DNA from: Lytechinus pictus
Taxonomy: Eukaryota
Length of the DNA stretch: 64,000 nucleotides
Reading direction: 5' to 3'
Assembly: GCF_037042905.1 (NCBI RefSeq)
Contig: NC_087250.1
Location: forward strand, 5,768,001-5,832,000
Shown: positions 52,385 to 64,000 of the stretch, in pieces
Position numbering within the stretch: the stretch's first letter is position 1
Layout: each line of letters starts with the position of its first letter
Translations under genes and position numbers: made by a program
The notes under the pieces: generated by a model
Told to the model about the DNA's origin: nothing
What the model saw: the letters and a program-made list of their open reading frames with translations, nothing else
Databases searched by the model: none

Positions 52385-52802
52385 AAATTGACAAACATAT
52401 ACAAATTAATGAATAAATGAAATGAAATAAATATGTATATATACATATATATTAATAATAATTATCATTATTATTGTAACCATAAGAATAAAATAAATGC
52501 ATAAAAATACAATAAAACCCAGTACCGCCCCCTACATCCCAGTGCCATGGGGGTAAATATGTCGCATCGAATGACAACATGAACTACGGAGGATATGAAA
52601 GTGGAAGTATCCGTGCGCCCTAAATCATATATCAAATAAAACATCCTGTTTGAAAGCTAGACATGAAACGTACGGAGCTGAGGCAATAAGTGCAACTGCA
52701 TTGTGTGCCAACTCTCTTAGTCAACAACATAACCATTATAAGTCTTTGTGTCTCAATCGAAACAGTTTGTACATTTCGATAGAGTTTGTGTTGAAGAAGA
52801 CT

Positions 52803-53087
52803 ATGGGCGCCAAAGGGTCAAAGAAGTCAAACAGGGCAACCGTTGACAATGCTGACCCAGGAAGTGGTTTAGCAGGCAATGGCCAGCTCGACGAAACGCC
52901 TTCAGGCGATGCTAAACCTTCGGTAGAGACCAGGAAAGATGCGACTGTGAGCTCCACCGAAGCGGTTACAGCTACCCAAGCCGCTGAGACGTCGGGTGCG
53001 CAGGGAGCCTTGGGAGATGCAGGCACGGCTCCAGCGGAGTTATCTACGACGGACATTCTTGATACATCAGAGGGCTCAAAAAAAGCG
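52803..53087 (+). CDS. Gene B (tandem paralogue of gene A) exon 1, 95 aa
   Basis: MGAKGSKKSNRATVDNADPGSG...DILDTSEGSKKA; same donor position (GCG|gtaggt); indels relative to gene A preserve the frame. Confidence 0.88.
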
Positions 53088-53125
53088 GTAGGTTAATTGT
53101 ATACGCTTAAATACGTACCGTTGCA

Positions 53126-54720
53126 CAGGGGCGTTGATCCATTTTTCAGATTGGGGGGGGGGGCAAAATTATGAGTCAATGTTCCCATATTCCAAAGGTG
53201 GTCGATCACATATAACACACCCATCCACACACCTATGTATTTATGTATATATATATATATACATATATATAACTCATGAGAAAGAGACACACATCTTACC
53301 AACAAATCAATGCGAGCGCGAAAAGCAAGCTGAAATTGTTTAGTATACTGATGTGAAAACCGGAAAAAGGTACCCATTTAGGACTGTTTGAGTAACTCAC
53401 GAGGAGGATGCATATCTCACTACACAGATAATGGTGTCCTTTTTTGTTAAATTGTTGTATGGTTTGATCGTTTGCGAAGTCGCAAGGGATAATATTGTAA
53501 TACGTGTAAGGCGTTCTGACGTAGATGTTAGATTTGTACACCTAAAGGCAAGAACATAGAGACTCCATCAGACTGCAATTCACAGATATCCCATAGTATG
53601 GGAAGCCCTGCCCTCTGAAAGCAGAGTTGAAATAGTCTCGGGAAACATTAATCATGTTCTGTGTGTCCTCAAGAGGGATATCCTTAAGTTCCAGTTAGAT
53701 TAAAATATAAATTAGAATATGTCTAAAGATCCACAACACATTATCAAGTTTCTTTTTAATTTTCTAAACTGTGTCCAATTTATTATTTCTTTATATCTTT
53801 TATCTCATTCGTTGTAAAGTTATTTATTTCCACTGTTGGCTCAATTATATTTAACCGAATATTTGTTCCTCCTGTTTTCTTTGGTTAAGTCAAACATAAG
53901 TTGGTTCCTTTTTTTTTTGTGCAACCTACCTGTCTTGTACTATTATGTTATTCTATTTTGTAACTCTATTATGTAATGATCTTTTTTCACCCAATCAGGT
54001 GTGGGAGGGAAGACCTGTGGGCCATGGCCATTAAGTTGACCTATTCCCTACCCAGGCTACCTGGTTGGGTGAGAAAGGGTCTAAAAATTATTTGTATTTT
54101 TGTATTTTTTCTCAATTTTGCATTGTACATGCTGTTTTGTTTTTGATGAAGTGCCGAATAAAATAATAATAATAATAATGTGAGTGCCGAGAGCGAGCTG
54201 AAGTTTCTTTATATTCTGACCTGAAAGCTTGATATTCTAAGCATGTTTGGTACCAATGATTAAGATGGGTATCTAAAACAATAGATGCGAGCGCGAAGCG
54301 CGAGCTGTAAATTTTGATATTTCGATCTGAAAAAATTGACAGTTTAACTGACGTTTTTAATAAAGAACTAGATATATTGCAAATCGAAGCGGGAGTTCTT
54401 TTGAGGTTTAGAACTGAAAATGGGACATTCTATTCACAATTTAATCATGACAAGTAATGGTTTTTGCTACAGAAATGATGCGAGCGCGAAGCGCGAGCTG
54501 AAAATTTTTATATTACAATCTGAAAGCGGCATTTTGAGCACGATTTTAAATAAAGAATGAGTTGTGTATCTCAATCTCGCTTGCTGAGTTCTATGTAACA
54601 GAACAATCTTATCTTATTTTTGCACATGTGGAATTATTGGGGGGGGGGGGGGGCAAAACGATATGTTTGCCCCCCCCCCCAAATATTTTCATTGGTGGGG
54701 CGATCGCCCCCCCCCCTCTG
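53126..54720. mobile_element. hAT-like non-autonomous element in gene B intron 1, with a nested LINE-like fragment
   Basis: 8-bp TSD CCGTTGCA (53118-53125, 54721-54728) and CAG...CTG ends. The empty site is visible in gene A intron 1. Confidence 0.85.
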
Positions 54721-55268
54721 CCGTTGCATGTGTGTTTGGGTGTGAGGGTGTGTGTGTGTGTTTTAAAGATAGATTATGCGTGTGAGAGAATTGTCTTAAT
54801 GTTTATTTGGATGTTTATTTGCTGAGTGTGGTGTGTTTTGTCTAGGTGTTTTGAAGGGGAATGGGGTTGCCACCTGGCGGTAGTTTACATGGTGGAGGAG
54901 TTTTTTTTTGGTGGGGGGGGGGGTGGATTTGAATTTTGATGTTGTTATTAAGTAACTTCCTTTTTTAATTTCACAATCGTTGATTTTGGAAAATCAACAT
55001 GAATGAATGTTGAATGAATGTGTTTCATGAAAAAGGAAGAAAAACATGAAGATTTGAATGAATGATTTTGTAATAACTGTGATGTTCTGAGACACAGAAA
55101 TAAAATATAGAGCCATGGGGTTGGTTGAAATAAGAGGTCGGCCTATGTGCTCCTCTTGCATACTTTACTTACTTTACTTTCAGTCCACGATGCTGTAGGC
55201 TTGAGTTGAGTGCCTGTTCATCGATCGTAGTATCTCCTCTGGTGGTAGTACAGTATCCATGGTATTAA

Positions 55269-55305
<37 letters not shown>

Positions 55306-55306
<1 letters not shown>

Positions 55307-55840
55307 TTCGGGAATACTATCCTTGTATAGAGTGCTCGATGTCCTTCACAGGAAGAGCTTTGAATAATAAACACAAGTTCACAAGGTTGTCACAAGGTTG
55401 CAGTGACATCACCAATACTAGTGATGCAGCCTTTATAGGCATAATTTTCGTTTCACTTTCATTATTATCAATTCTATGGCATCTCATCTTATTATCGGTT
55501 AATCGATCAACCACCCATCGCGGAGTATCGATTATTTGTAAAACATTTGAAAAACATTCAAATTATAAAAACCTCAGCGCGCACTGGTTACCTAGTTTCC
55601 TGCGCACAGTATGTGCGTGTTTGGTGAAACGCGCTTCGCGCGATCGCGACATGCATTGTTCAATGGTATTGAAAAGTTTTATCATTTGCCTGAAGATCGC
55701 ACCTCACGTAGGTTGCGTGAAACTCAGAGTTGCAATTAAATTTGATGAACCTCCAGTCAACCTTGTGAACTTGTGTTTATTATTCAAAGCTCTTCCTGTG
55801 AAGGGCATCGAGCACTCTATACAAGGATAGAATTCCCGAA

Positions 55841-55841
<1 letters not shown>
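55306..55841. mobile_element. TIR element (84-bp TIRs) inserted in (TA)n
   Basis: 55306-55389 is inverted at 55758-55841; TA repeats on both flanks. Confidence 0.85.
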
Positions 55842-55882
<41 letters not shown>

Positions 55883-55924
55883 ACAAATGAAGACTTAATA
55901 GAAACGCCGTGAGGAGACGTAATC

Positions 55925-55958
55925 TTCGAACTTTTCGGTCACAGACCTTCTTCAGGGA
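55925..55958 (-). ncRNA. Hammerhead-like motif in a short Penelope pLTR fragment
   Basis: Minus strand reads CC-CUGAAGA-A-GGUC(UGU)GACC-GAAA-AGUUCG; the fragment (about 55880-56073) lies between (TA)n tracts. Confidence 0.6.
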
Positions 55959-56067
55959 TGAATTTATCAAATCCAAAACAGGTTGCATCATTTGGCATTT
56001 TGGTGATGATACCAAAGCGCAATAAATACAATGCGCAACAACATAACGCGACAGGTGCACTTGTGTT

Positions 56068-56104
<37 letters not shown>

Positions 56105-56269
56105 GTGAAAGAAATGGATGAAGAGAACAATGGTAGGCGTAGCTTAAATCAAGGTTCCCCAGAGCTATCTACCCTTTTTGGAAAAATGGGAAAAATGGGA
56201 AAAATTGGAAAAATTCACACAATATTTAAATATAAAAGAGTTGCCAAAGCTGTAGTACATATATAACTT

Positions 56270-56327
<58 letters not shown>

Positions 56328-57146
56328 CGAACAAATTACAAGACGATTTGACGTTGCTTGGAAGACCACAATTTAATCAAGCTTTCGGCCTTAGGCCTTC
56401 TTCATGGGTTCTATAAACAAAAGCGAACGAAACATAATCAATATTACAAAGGGAGGAACAGATGGACATATGGACATATAATACTGTTATAATAACATAT
56501 GTAACATAATCAATGGTACAGAGGGAGGAACAGATGAACATATGGACATATAATGCAGGTGTAATAGCATATGTAACAATGACGTCGTACGTATACAATA
56601 TATGCAAATACATACATATACAGAATACATGCACATAAACATCTACATATATATATACATACATATGTAAATATACACATACATACACATATGATGTACA
56701 AACATGACGAATCTAATGTGGGGTAATTTTACCTGGGTCTTTGGGGTCTTTCGGGCTGACTCGGAGGTGTGTAGTGTCGTGCGTTCGGTTTCTGGTGTGA
56801 TATATATAATTTGCGTGACTTATGTTCATTCAAGTGAAACGGTGAAGGTGTAGGTCATTAAACGCTGCATTGTTATTACGCCGGTAAATTCGAGAGGTTA
56901 CATTATAAAGACTTATAATTCATACAGGTAAAAGACCAGATACGATTATAGATGTTCACAAAAAATGTATATATATGTTCATAAAATATATATGTTCATA
57001 ATATATATATATATATGTTCACAAAAAAGAAATATATATGTCGATGATAACAATCTCTTGTCATTATCGAATAACAAATAGGTTTGATATCAAAGTATAA
57101 ATAAGTATCGTAAATAGTATGAGTCGTAAATTGGGACTGGACTTCT

Positions 57147-59888
57147 CTATTCCTCAACATTTATACCGTGCGGGTGAAGCGTTTTGAGTTTATGTATCCA
57201 GAATGATTCTCTATGGAGGATAGTGTTGTGTGATTCGTTGTTGATGAGTTCGATACCTGTTATCATTGCATTTTCTACTGAGTGGTTTGGGAGATTGAAA
57301 TGTGTTGTGTACGGCAATGTTTTGTGTTGTGGGGTGTGGTAGTTTCTTATTTCTGATCGAGTGTTATTGAAGCGTGTGTATATTGTTGTTTCTGTTTTTC
57401 CTACATATTGTTTACCACACTGTGAACATGTGATTAGGTATATTGCCCAGCGGGATTTGCAGTTTATGTTGGATCTTATGGTATATTCTTGTCCTGTGAC
57501 TGTGCTCCTGAATTGTTTTGTCTCTATGATATGTTTGTGGAGAACACATCTGGGCGATGGGCATTTGAAAAACCCGACAGTAGAGGTTTCATGGGCTTGT
57601 TGGGTGAGCTGGGATGGGTCTCGTGCCCGTACTAGTAAATCTTTAAGAGTGCGTCCTCGACGGAAGGATGTTGTAGGGGGTTGAGGGAATATATCTTTCA
57701 TCTTGTTTGACTGGTGTAGAATGGGAAGGTGTTTGTGTAGATTTCGGGGGATGGAGGCAGTAGGTGGGGAGTATGTAATTGGGAAGAAGATCTTGGTTGG
57801 GTCAGATGTGTTGGGGGGTTTGTATTGAAGTAGATCCGACCTGGGTTTGTCAGCGGCCCGTTCAATTTGTTGTCTTACCATGTGTTTATCATAATTTCTA
57901 TCCATGAAGTGATGTTCCAGTTGTTGCATGTGGTGTTCTGTCCTTGTGTTGTCCGAACATATTCTTCTTACGCGTAAAGCCTGGCTGTATGTGATGCCTT
58001 TGAATGTGTGTTTTGGGTGGCATGATGATGGGAGCAGATATGTGTGGGTGTCAGTGGGTTTTGTGAATAGTTCGGTGTGTATTTGTGCATCAGAGAGTTG
58101 TAAGGAGACATCCAGGAAGTGTGCATTGTGGTTTGAGGATTCAAATGTGAATTTGATCGTCGGGTGGAGAGTGTTCATTGTGGTTTGTAGTTTATTGAGA
58201 GTTCTTGGTGATCCTGACCAGAGGAAGAAAATATCATCTATGTATCGTTTCCAGGATGTTTTGAGTGTAGTGCTGTGTGAGTTTGATATTATTTGTTGTT
58301 CAAGTTTGCCCATGAAGATATTGGCGTATGTAGGGGCAACAGGTGTGCCCATTGCCGTCCCTTCTATTTGAATGTAGTGTGTGTCATTGAATTTGAAATT
58401 ATTAAGGGTAAGTATTAGCTCGAGCAGTCTAATGAGTTGGTTTGTTGGGGGATGTTGTTCTTTCCTTTTGTCAAGGGCTTCCTTACACGCTAGTATACCT
58501 TCTTTATGTGGAATATTGGTATATAGGGATTTTACGTCTGCGGTTACTAGGATCGTTCTGGGACTGATTTGGGATTCTCTGTTGATGGTAGATACGTGAT
58601 TGAGGAAGTGGGTGGTATCTTTGAGGTGTGATGGTAGTTGTTCTACGAAGGGTCTGAGATAAAAATCGACAAGTCTAGATATTTGTGCAGTGGGGCATGA
58701 ACACCCAGATACAATAGGGCGCCCGGGATTGCCCGGTTTGTGAATTTTAGGAAGGAAATAAAGGTTGGGACATGTAGCATCCTTTGGGGTTAGGACTTTC
58801 TTTGTTTGGGTATCTGTTTCCAAGTTTTTAACTGCCCTTTTAACCTGTTCTATGTGATGGGGAGTGGGGTCTCTATCAAGCCGGACATAGGTAGTTTGGT
58901 CTGAAAGTTGTCTAAGACCTTCAGCAATATAGTCTTTTGTGGACATTATGACAACAGATGAGCCCTTATCGGCTGGTTTTATGATGATATCTTTGTTAGC
59001 TCGTAATTTCCTGAGCGCCATTCTTTCATCTCTCGTCAAGTTGTCATAATGTATCTTTGTGTTGTATTTGTGGGTTTCTTTCTCTACATCCTTTAAGACA
59101 GTGTCGAGAAAAATATGGAGATGCGGCTCGTGCACAGAAGGGGTCCAGGTGTTTGGGGGCTTGATAAGTTTGGGCTGCTTGATATCATTATCGTCTGATT
59201 TGCTGGGGGTTTTAGGCGTATGATTTTGATCATTTTGGTCATTTCGTTTGTCAGTATAATGGACTTTAAGCATCATACGTCTTTTTAGGCCGTCCATGTC
59301 CTTTTTTATGTCAAGGGTGTCTACCTGAGGGGGTGTGGGGCAAAATTTGAGTCCCTTGGATAAGAGTTTTATTTCTGATTCCGATAGTGTGTAATTGGAT
59401 AGGTTGACGATAGGGACTTTGGGTCTTTCCTTTTGTGCAAGGGGCGCATCTCCATTTACAATTCTTTTCGCAGCTCGTCTGCGTCTTAAGTATTGTTTCT
59501 TTCTAAATCTTCTACACTTATGTTTATTTCTGTGCCCACTGTTGATGGGGTTGGGTTGTGAGGAATTAACGGCGATTAGTTCTTTGACGTACTTACAATT
59601 TATTTCGTCACGTTTCAATTTCTCTTCTTTCTTTTCAGTGAGGTGTCTTTCTTTCTGTGCGCAGTCAAAGTTGATTCGGTTGATTGTTCTGTGGTATATG
59701 TCACTCGTGCATTGTTCCCTCAGTTTAGTACGGAGTTTAATTGTTTCCTTGGATATAATGTCGTATTGTTGTCTTACTGCTTCGACGGTTAGGTCCCGTA
59801 GTTGTCGAGCGGCGTTCCAGAGCGTCGTAGACCAATCGACATCGATCCTATCATTATTCTCAAATCCGAAAGATTTTTTTAACAACAT
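57147..59888 (-). CDS. Penelope-like RT + GIY-YIG endonuclease polyprotein (913 aa, probably 5'-truncated)
   Basis: RT motifs LVTADVKSLYTNIPH, QIEGTAMGTPVAPTYANIFM, WKRYIDDIF and FLDV; Cys linker CPSPRCVLH; GIY-YIG motif AIYLITCSQCGKQYVGKT...RESFWIHKLKTLHPHGIN. Confidence 0.95.
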   Translation of the reverse strand: MLLKKSFGFENNDRIDVDWSTTLWNAARQLRDLTVEAVRQQYDIISKETIKLRTKLREQCTSDIYHRTINRINFDCAQKERHLTEKKEEKLKRDEINCKYVKELIAVNSSQPNPINSGHRNKHKCRRFRKKQYLRRRRAAKRIVNGDAPLAQKERPKVPIVNLSNYTLSESEIKLLSKGLKFCPTPPQVDTLDIKKDMDGLKRRMMLKVHYTDKRNDQNDQNHTPKTPSKSDDNDIKQPKLIKPPNTWTPSVHEPHLHIFLDTVLKDVEKETHKYNTKIHYDNLTRDERMALRKLRANKDIIIKPADKGSSVVIMSTKDYIAEGLRQLSDQTTYVRLDRDPTPHHIEQVKRAVKNLETDTQTKKVLTPKDATCPNLYFLPKIHKPGNPGRPIVSGCSCPTAQISRLVDFYLRPFVEQLPSHLKDTTHFLNHVSTINRESQISPRTILVTADVKSLYTNIPHKEGILACKEALDKRKEQHPPTNQLIRLLELILTLNNFKFNDTHYIQIEGTAMGTPVAPTYANIFMGKLEQQIISNSHSTTLKTSWKRYIDDIFFLWSGSPRTLNKLQTTMNTLHPTIKFTFESSNHNAHFLDVSLQLSDAQIHTELFTKPTDTHTYLLPSSCHPKHTFKGITYSQALRVRRICSDNTRTEHHMQQLEHHFMDRNYDKHMVRQQIERAADKPRSDLLQYKPPNTSDPTKIFFPITYSPPTASIPRNLHKHLPILHQSNKMKDIFPQPPTTSFRRGRTLKDLLVRARDPSQLTQQAHETSTVGFFKCPSPRCVLHKHIIETKQFRSTVTGQEYTIRSNINCKSRWAIYLITCSQCGKQYVGKTETTIYTRFNNTRSEIRNYHTPQHKTLPYTTHFNLPNHSVENAMITGIELINNESHNTILHRESFWIHKLKTLHPHGINVEE

Positions 59889-60431
59889 CTATAATCGTAT
59901 CTGGTCTTTTACCTGTATGAATTATAAGTCTTTATAATGTAACCTCTCGAATTTACCGGCGTAATAACAATGCAGCGTTTAATGACCTACACCTTCACCG
60001 TTTCACTTGAATGAACATAAGTCACGCAAATTATATATATCACACCAGAAACCGAACGCACGACACTACACACCTCCGAGTCAGCCCGAAAGACCCCAAA
60101 GACCCAGGTAAAATTACCCCACATTAGATTCGTCATGTTTGTACATCATATGTGTATGTATGTGTATATTTACATATGTATGTATATATATATGTAGATG
60201 TTTATGTGCATGTATTCTGTATATGTATGTATTTGCATATATTGTATACGTACGACGTCATTGTTACATATGCTATTACACCTGCATTATATGTCCATAT
60301 GTTCATCTGTTCCTCCCTCTGTACCATTGATTATGTTACATATGTTATTATAACAGTATTATATGTCCATATGTCCATCTGTTCCTCCCTTTGTAATATT
60401 GATTATGTTTCGTTCGCTTTTGTTTATAGAA

Positions 60432-60463
60432 CCCATGAAGAAGGCCTAAGGCCGAAAGCTTGA
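60432..60463 (+). ncRNA. Hammerhead-like motif in the Penelope pLTR (mirror copy at 56377-56408, minus strand)
   Basis: CCC-AUGAAGA-A-GGCC(UAA)GGCC-GAAA-GCUUGA; the core has A in place of C3. Confidence 0.55.
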
Positions 60464-60568
60464 TTAAATTGTGGTCTTCCAAGCAACGTCAAATCGTCTT
60501 GTAATTTGTTCGCCTAAGTATTTGGTACAAGACACAGTAGTCATGTTAAAGAGTGGATGCCTGTTTAC

Positions 60569-60650
<82 letters not shown>

Positions 60651-60740
60651 TATAAAAGAAGAGGGCCCTTTGCATAACGTGTATTACAGCGCGTCATGTT
60701 CTATGTACACTTGTAAATAATTCAGCATCAACGCAAGACG

Positions 60741-60803
<63 letters not shown>

Positions 60804-60806
<3 letters not shown>

Positions 60807-61335
60807 TAACACGAGAAAGGACTGTCAAAAGTGTGTACATGTATGCTAAAAACCGTGGAAACACAAATACAATACTGCCTACACTGGCTTATAGAGCAAA
60901 TCATAATTCTTTGACCAGTGTCTATCCAGGCGATTTTTGAAGGAGTTGACTGAAGAAGCCGAAACAACACTGTCGGGAAGATTCCACATATCTACAACTT
61001 TGTTACTGAAAAAGTACTTCCTAATATCAAGCCGAGAAAATTTCTTCTCCAACTTCAACCTATGAACTTTAGCATGTCTAGACCTCTGCGACAAATTGAA
61101 AAGGTTTTGTTGTGTGTAATATATTCCAGTCAAGTACTTGCAGACATCAATCATGTCACCTCTACTGCGCCTATGAGCAAGTCTTGGCAATTTGAGTTTC
61201 ATGAGACGTTTCCTATAAGACAGATTTCAAAAACCTGGAATCATTTTGTGGCTCGCCTCTGTACACTTTCTAACTCTCTTTGTTCACTCATATGGTGACC
61301 ATGCGGCTTGTCCATACTCTAATAGGGGTCTGATA
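60804..61335 (-). mobile_element. CR1-type LINE ORF2 C-terminal fragment
   Basis: LKLPRLAHRRSRGDMIDVCKYL...RLDIRKYFFSNKVVDMWNLP...NSFKNRLDRHW. Confidence 0.85.
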
Positions 61336-61396
61336 ACTTAATGGGGTTTCACCGATTGGGGGCTCGTCATAAAAAGTTGTCACGTTCCGTTTTTAA

Positions 61397-61967
61397 AGGA
61401 AAATGAAACCTTTGAACCAAGATAACTTGTGTGAAATAAAGCAAAGACACAGATTAGAAAAAGTTTGAGAAAAATCGGACAATTAATGAGAAAGTTATGA
61501 GCATTTGAATACAGCGATCACTAATGATATGGAGATCCTCCAATTGGCAATGCGACAAAGATGTGTGATGTCACTTGTTAAATACTCTCCCAGTTTAGTA
61601 TATATTTCACTTAAACTGCCTCTTTTATCACATCTACCAGGAAATCTGTTTTTCTATAGGAGGGCATGATGCATGTCATACAGATTTTCAAAGTATACAT
61701 TATAGATAAAGAATTTGTATTACCATACGAAAGAGCGAAAAGAGACATTTATTTTCGGTGGTATTCTATAGTCCATCAAAGTTGTTCACATGTGACATCA
61801 CACATTGCATTTCTAATGGGAGGATCTCCATAGCATTATGATCGCAATATGCAAATGCTCATAACTTTTTCATTATTTGTCGGATTTTACTCGAACCTTC
61901 TTTGTTCTTATTCTTGGATTTTTCTGTTTCCACACAAGACTAATTGTTTCAAAGTTTGCATTCCCCT
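61397..61967. mobile_element. Kolobok-like MITE
   Basis: TTAA|AGGAAAATGAAACCTTTG ... CAAAGTTTGCATTCCCCT|TTAA with long imperfect arms. Confidence 0.7.
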
Positions 61968-62627
61968 TTAAAATGGTGGATTTACCCCTGGTGTCAGTGG
62001 TATGTGTGCGTGTTGGGGGAATAAGCCAGTTCGTAGTTCCTTTCTGCGCATGATCAAAAAGTTCTACGCATGATCAGAGGAAGGTCATTTGTACCAAAGT
62101 GACATGGTGGTTTAAAATCTAATGAGATAAGCACCAACTTTGATGTCTTTATTATTCATATATTCTTTTGAAATGTGGTTTTCATTTACATCCACAAAAA
62201 AAAACAATGCGTCCACGAACGACTGGCATTTAACAGTTTGCCAAGTTCATTGTGCAACATGCTATGATATGCATTCAAAGTAGGAATGCAACAAATACCT
62301 TCATAAAGTGTCCATTGGTGTGCTATTCTTGTCACCTGGTCTATTCAGTTTCTTCATCCTGATATGTAAGGCAAGCTTACGTAATATCTTGCTTTGAAAT
62401 CTGCCTATCATAATGAAAGAAATGAAAGGTCATTTGACCAAAATTGTCCATGAAGTAACTACGAACTGGTCTATATGCATGGCGTCGGGAGTGGCTTTTT
62501 GAAACACAATTAGAATAGATGATTGCGTTCAGCACTGTGCACAATGGAAGCTTAAAAGTGCCACCCCGATGTTAATCATCTCGTCATATCTACATCTCTT
62601 AGGGAAAAAGGATAAGAAATTATCAAA

Positions 62628-62870
62628 TGGCAAGATCTTGGATCTCGTCATGTCTACATGTTGTGGGAGAGATGATCAGATGGCAAGATCTTGGATCTCG
62701 TCATTTCTACATCTTGTGGGAGAGATGATCAGATGGCAAGATCTTGGATCTCGTCATGTCTACATCTTGTGGGAGAGATGATCAGATGGCAAGATCTTGG
62801 ATCTCGTCATGTCTACATCTTGTGGGAGAGATGATTAGATGGCAAGATCTTGCATCTCGTCATGTCTACA
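62628..62870. repeat. 53-bp minisatellite, about 4.5 copies
   Basis: tggcaagatcttg recurs at 62628, 62681, 62734, 62787 and 62840. Confidence 0.9.
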
Positions 62871-63199
62871 ACCATATCGAAAACTTGCATACAGTGTACC
62901 GGACATGTAAAAACATAGCAGACGACGTTTGCAGACCTCGCGATCATCGTATGACTAGTGGTGCAGAATGTTCCATTGCGGCTTTATGGGGGGAATAGCA
63001 TTACAGAGGGATTTAATGTATACACAAATAATACCAACCATGATATCTGTAAAGTAGGCTACCGACGTTGAGCTTGATTGAACCCATCGTCTGTAGCGAA
63101 TACACGCTAGGTCATAACAATAAAACCATCATAACAGAAAATCATTAAGATTGTACACCTGATTAAAATAATCACGGGGCTTGCATAAAGCTTCACAAG

Positions 63200-63781
63200 C
63201 TTCAGAATGCTTCAGAATGCATGCAGCTGCTCGCATTGTCATTTTTTCAAGTAAACGTTCTCACATCACTCCATCTTGAATTCGCTGCACTGGCTCCCTA
63301 TCAAAAATCGGATTATCTTTAAGATTTTGTTGCTTGCTTTTCATAGTATTCTTGGATCAGCACCACAATACAGTCTTTCACTTATCAATCACTACAGACC
63401 AAGCAGGTCTTTGCGCTCCATTGACATATCCACTGAGGATTATCTATTGTTACTGGGGGTGCTGTGACAATGCTCAGCACCCCCAGTAACGATAGAATAA
63501 TCCTCCATGGATAGGTCACTGTTGCGCTCATCCACTTCTGGCTTCCTTGTTATTCCAAAAGTTTCAAAAACTTGGGGGGACATTCGCTTTTGCATGCCCC
63601 ACTTTGTGGAATAGCCTTCCTGAAGTCATAAAGAAGTGTACCTCTGTCGAAACTTTCAAAAATCTTCTAAAAACTTTTTTTAATTTTTTTTATTTAACTC
63701 TTAGCTCTTTACGCGCCTTGAGCACTCTACAGGGTGGATTTGGCGCATATAAGTCACATTATTATAATTATTCATTATTAT
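63200..63781 (+). mobile_element. L2-type LINE 3' fragment with an ~85-bp hairpin inserted (63428-63513)
   Basis: LHWLPIKNRIIFKILLL...FAFACPTLWNSLP...TFKNLLKT and an (ATT)n-like tail; absent from the homologous position of gene A intron 1. Confidence 0.8.
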
Positions 63782-63834
63782 AAAAAAAATGAAAACGAAT
63801 TGATTTTAATATCCCTTTTGTCCCTAATTTTCAG

Positions 63835-63998
63835 TTTTTTCCTGCTCACTGGATGGGTTTTCGAGAGATATTCGTACAGTACATCCCATGTAAACCCTAC
63901 ACCCTCACCGAGTTCGGTGCTCATCTTTACTCCTCTAATGGACGCCATGAGTTCAGGGCTATTGACGGGTCAGGACTGGCTAGAAAGGTTGGATTGAG
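63835..63998 (+). CDS. Gene B exon 2 (FFPAHWMGFREIFVQYIPCKPYTLTEFGAHLYSSNGRHEFRAIDGSGLARKVGL-R); gene continues beyond the window
   Basis: ttttcag acceptor and AG|gt donor at the window end; 9 nt shorter than gene A exon 2, in frame. Confidence 0.88.
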
Positions 63999-64000
63999 GT

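Larger units (their letters stand above)
56324..60516 (-). mobile_element. Penelope-like retroelement (Neptune-type) with 633-bp inverted pseudo-LTRs
   Basis: 56324-56956 is the reverse complement of 59884-60516, and the two repeats flank an RT/GIY-YIG ORF. The 3' end abuts a (TA)n tract. Confidence 0.93.

Noticed and set aside
59395..59937. 180-aa plus-strand ORF and other ORFs opposite the Penelope frame
   Set aside because: Antisense shadows of the RT ORF with no recognisable motifs.

Overview
AT-rich, repeat-dense eukaryotic (animal) genomic DNA. The repeat landscape suggests an echinoderm, probably a sea urchin (inference only). The main result is invisible in the ORF track. I assembled by hand an 8-exon, 441-aa plus-strand gene (16729-43760) in which every intron is GT-AG and every phase joins correctly. 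It encodes an N-myristoylation motif with a disordered acidic tail, a PDZ-like domain, and a C-terminal interleukin-1-like beta-trefoil; two of its introns sit at the positions and phases I recall for vertebrate IL1B. A tandem paralogue starts at 52803 and its exons 1-2 are in the window. The window also holds the terminal CaaX exon of a probable Ras-family GTPase (3074-3139), a Neptune-type Penelope retroelement with an open RT + GIY-YIG frame and 633-bp inverted pseudo-LTRs, and several minimal hammerhead-ribozyme motifs. The remainder is many nested non-autonomous DNA transposons with readable TSDs, LINE/SINE 3' fragments and tandem arrays.
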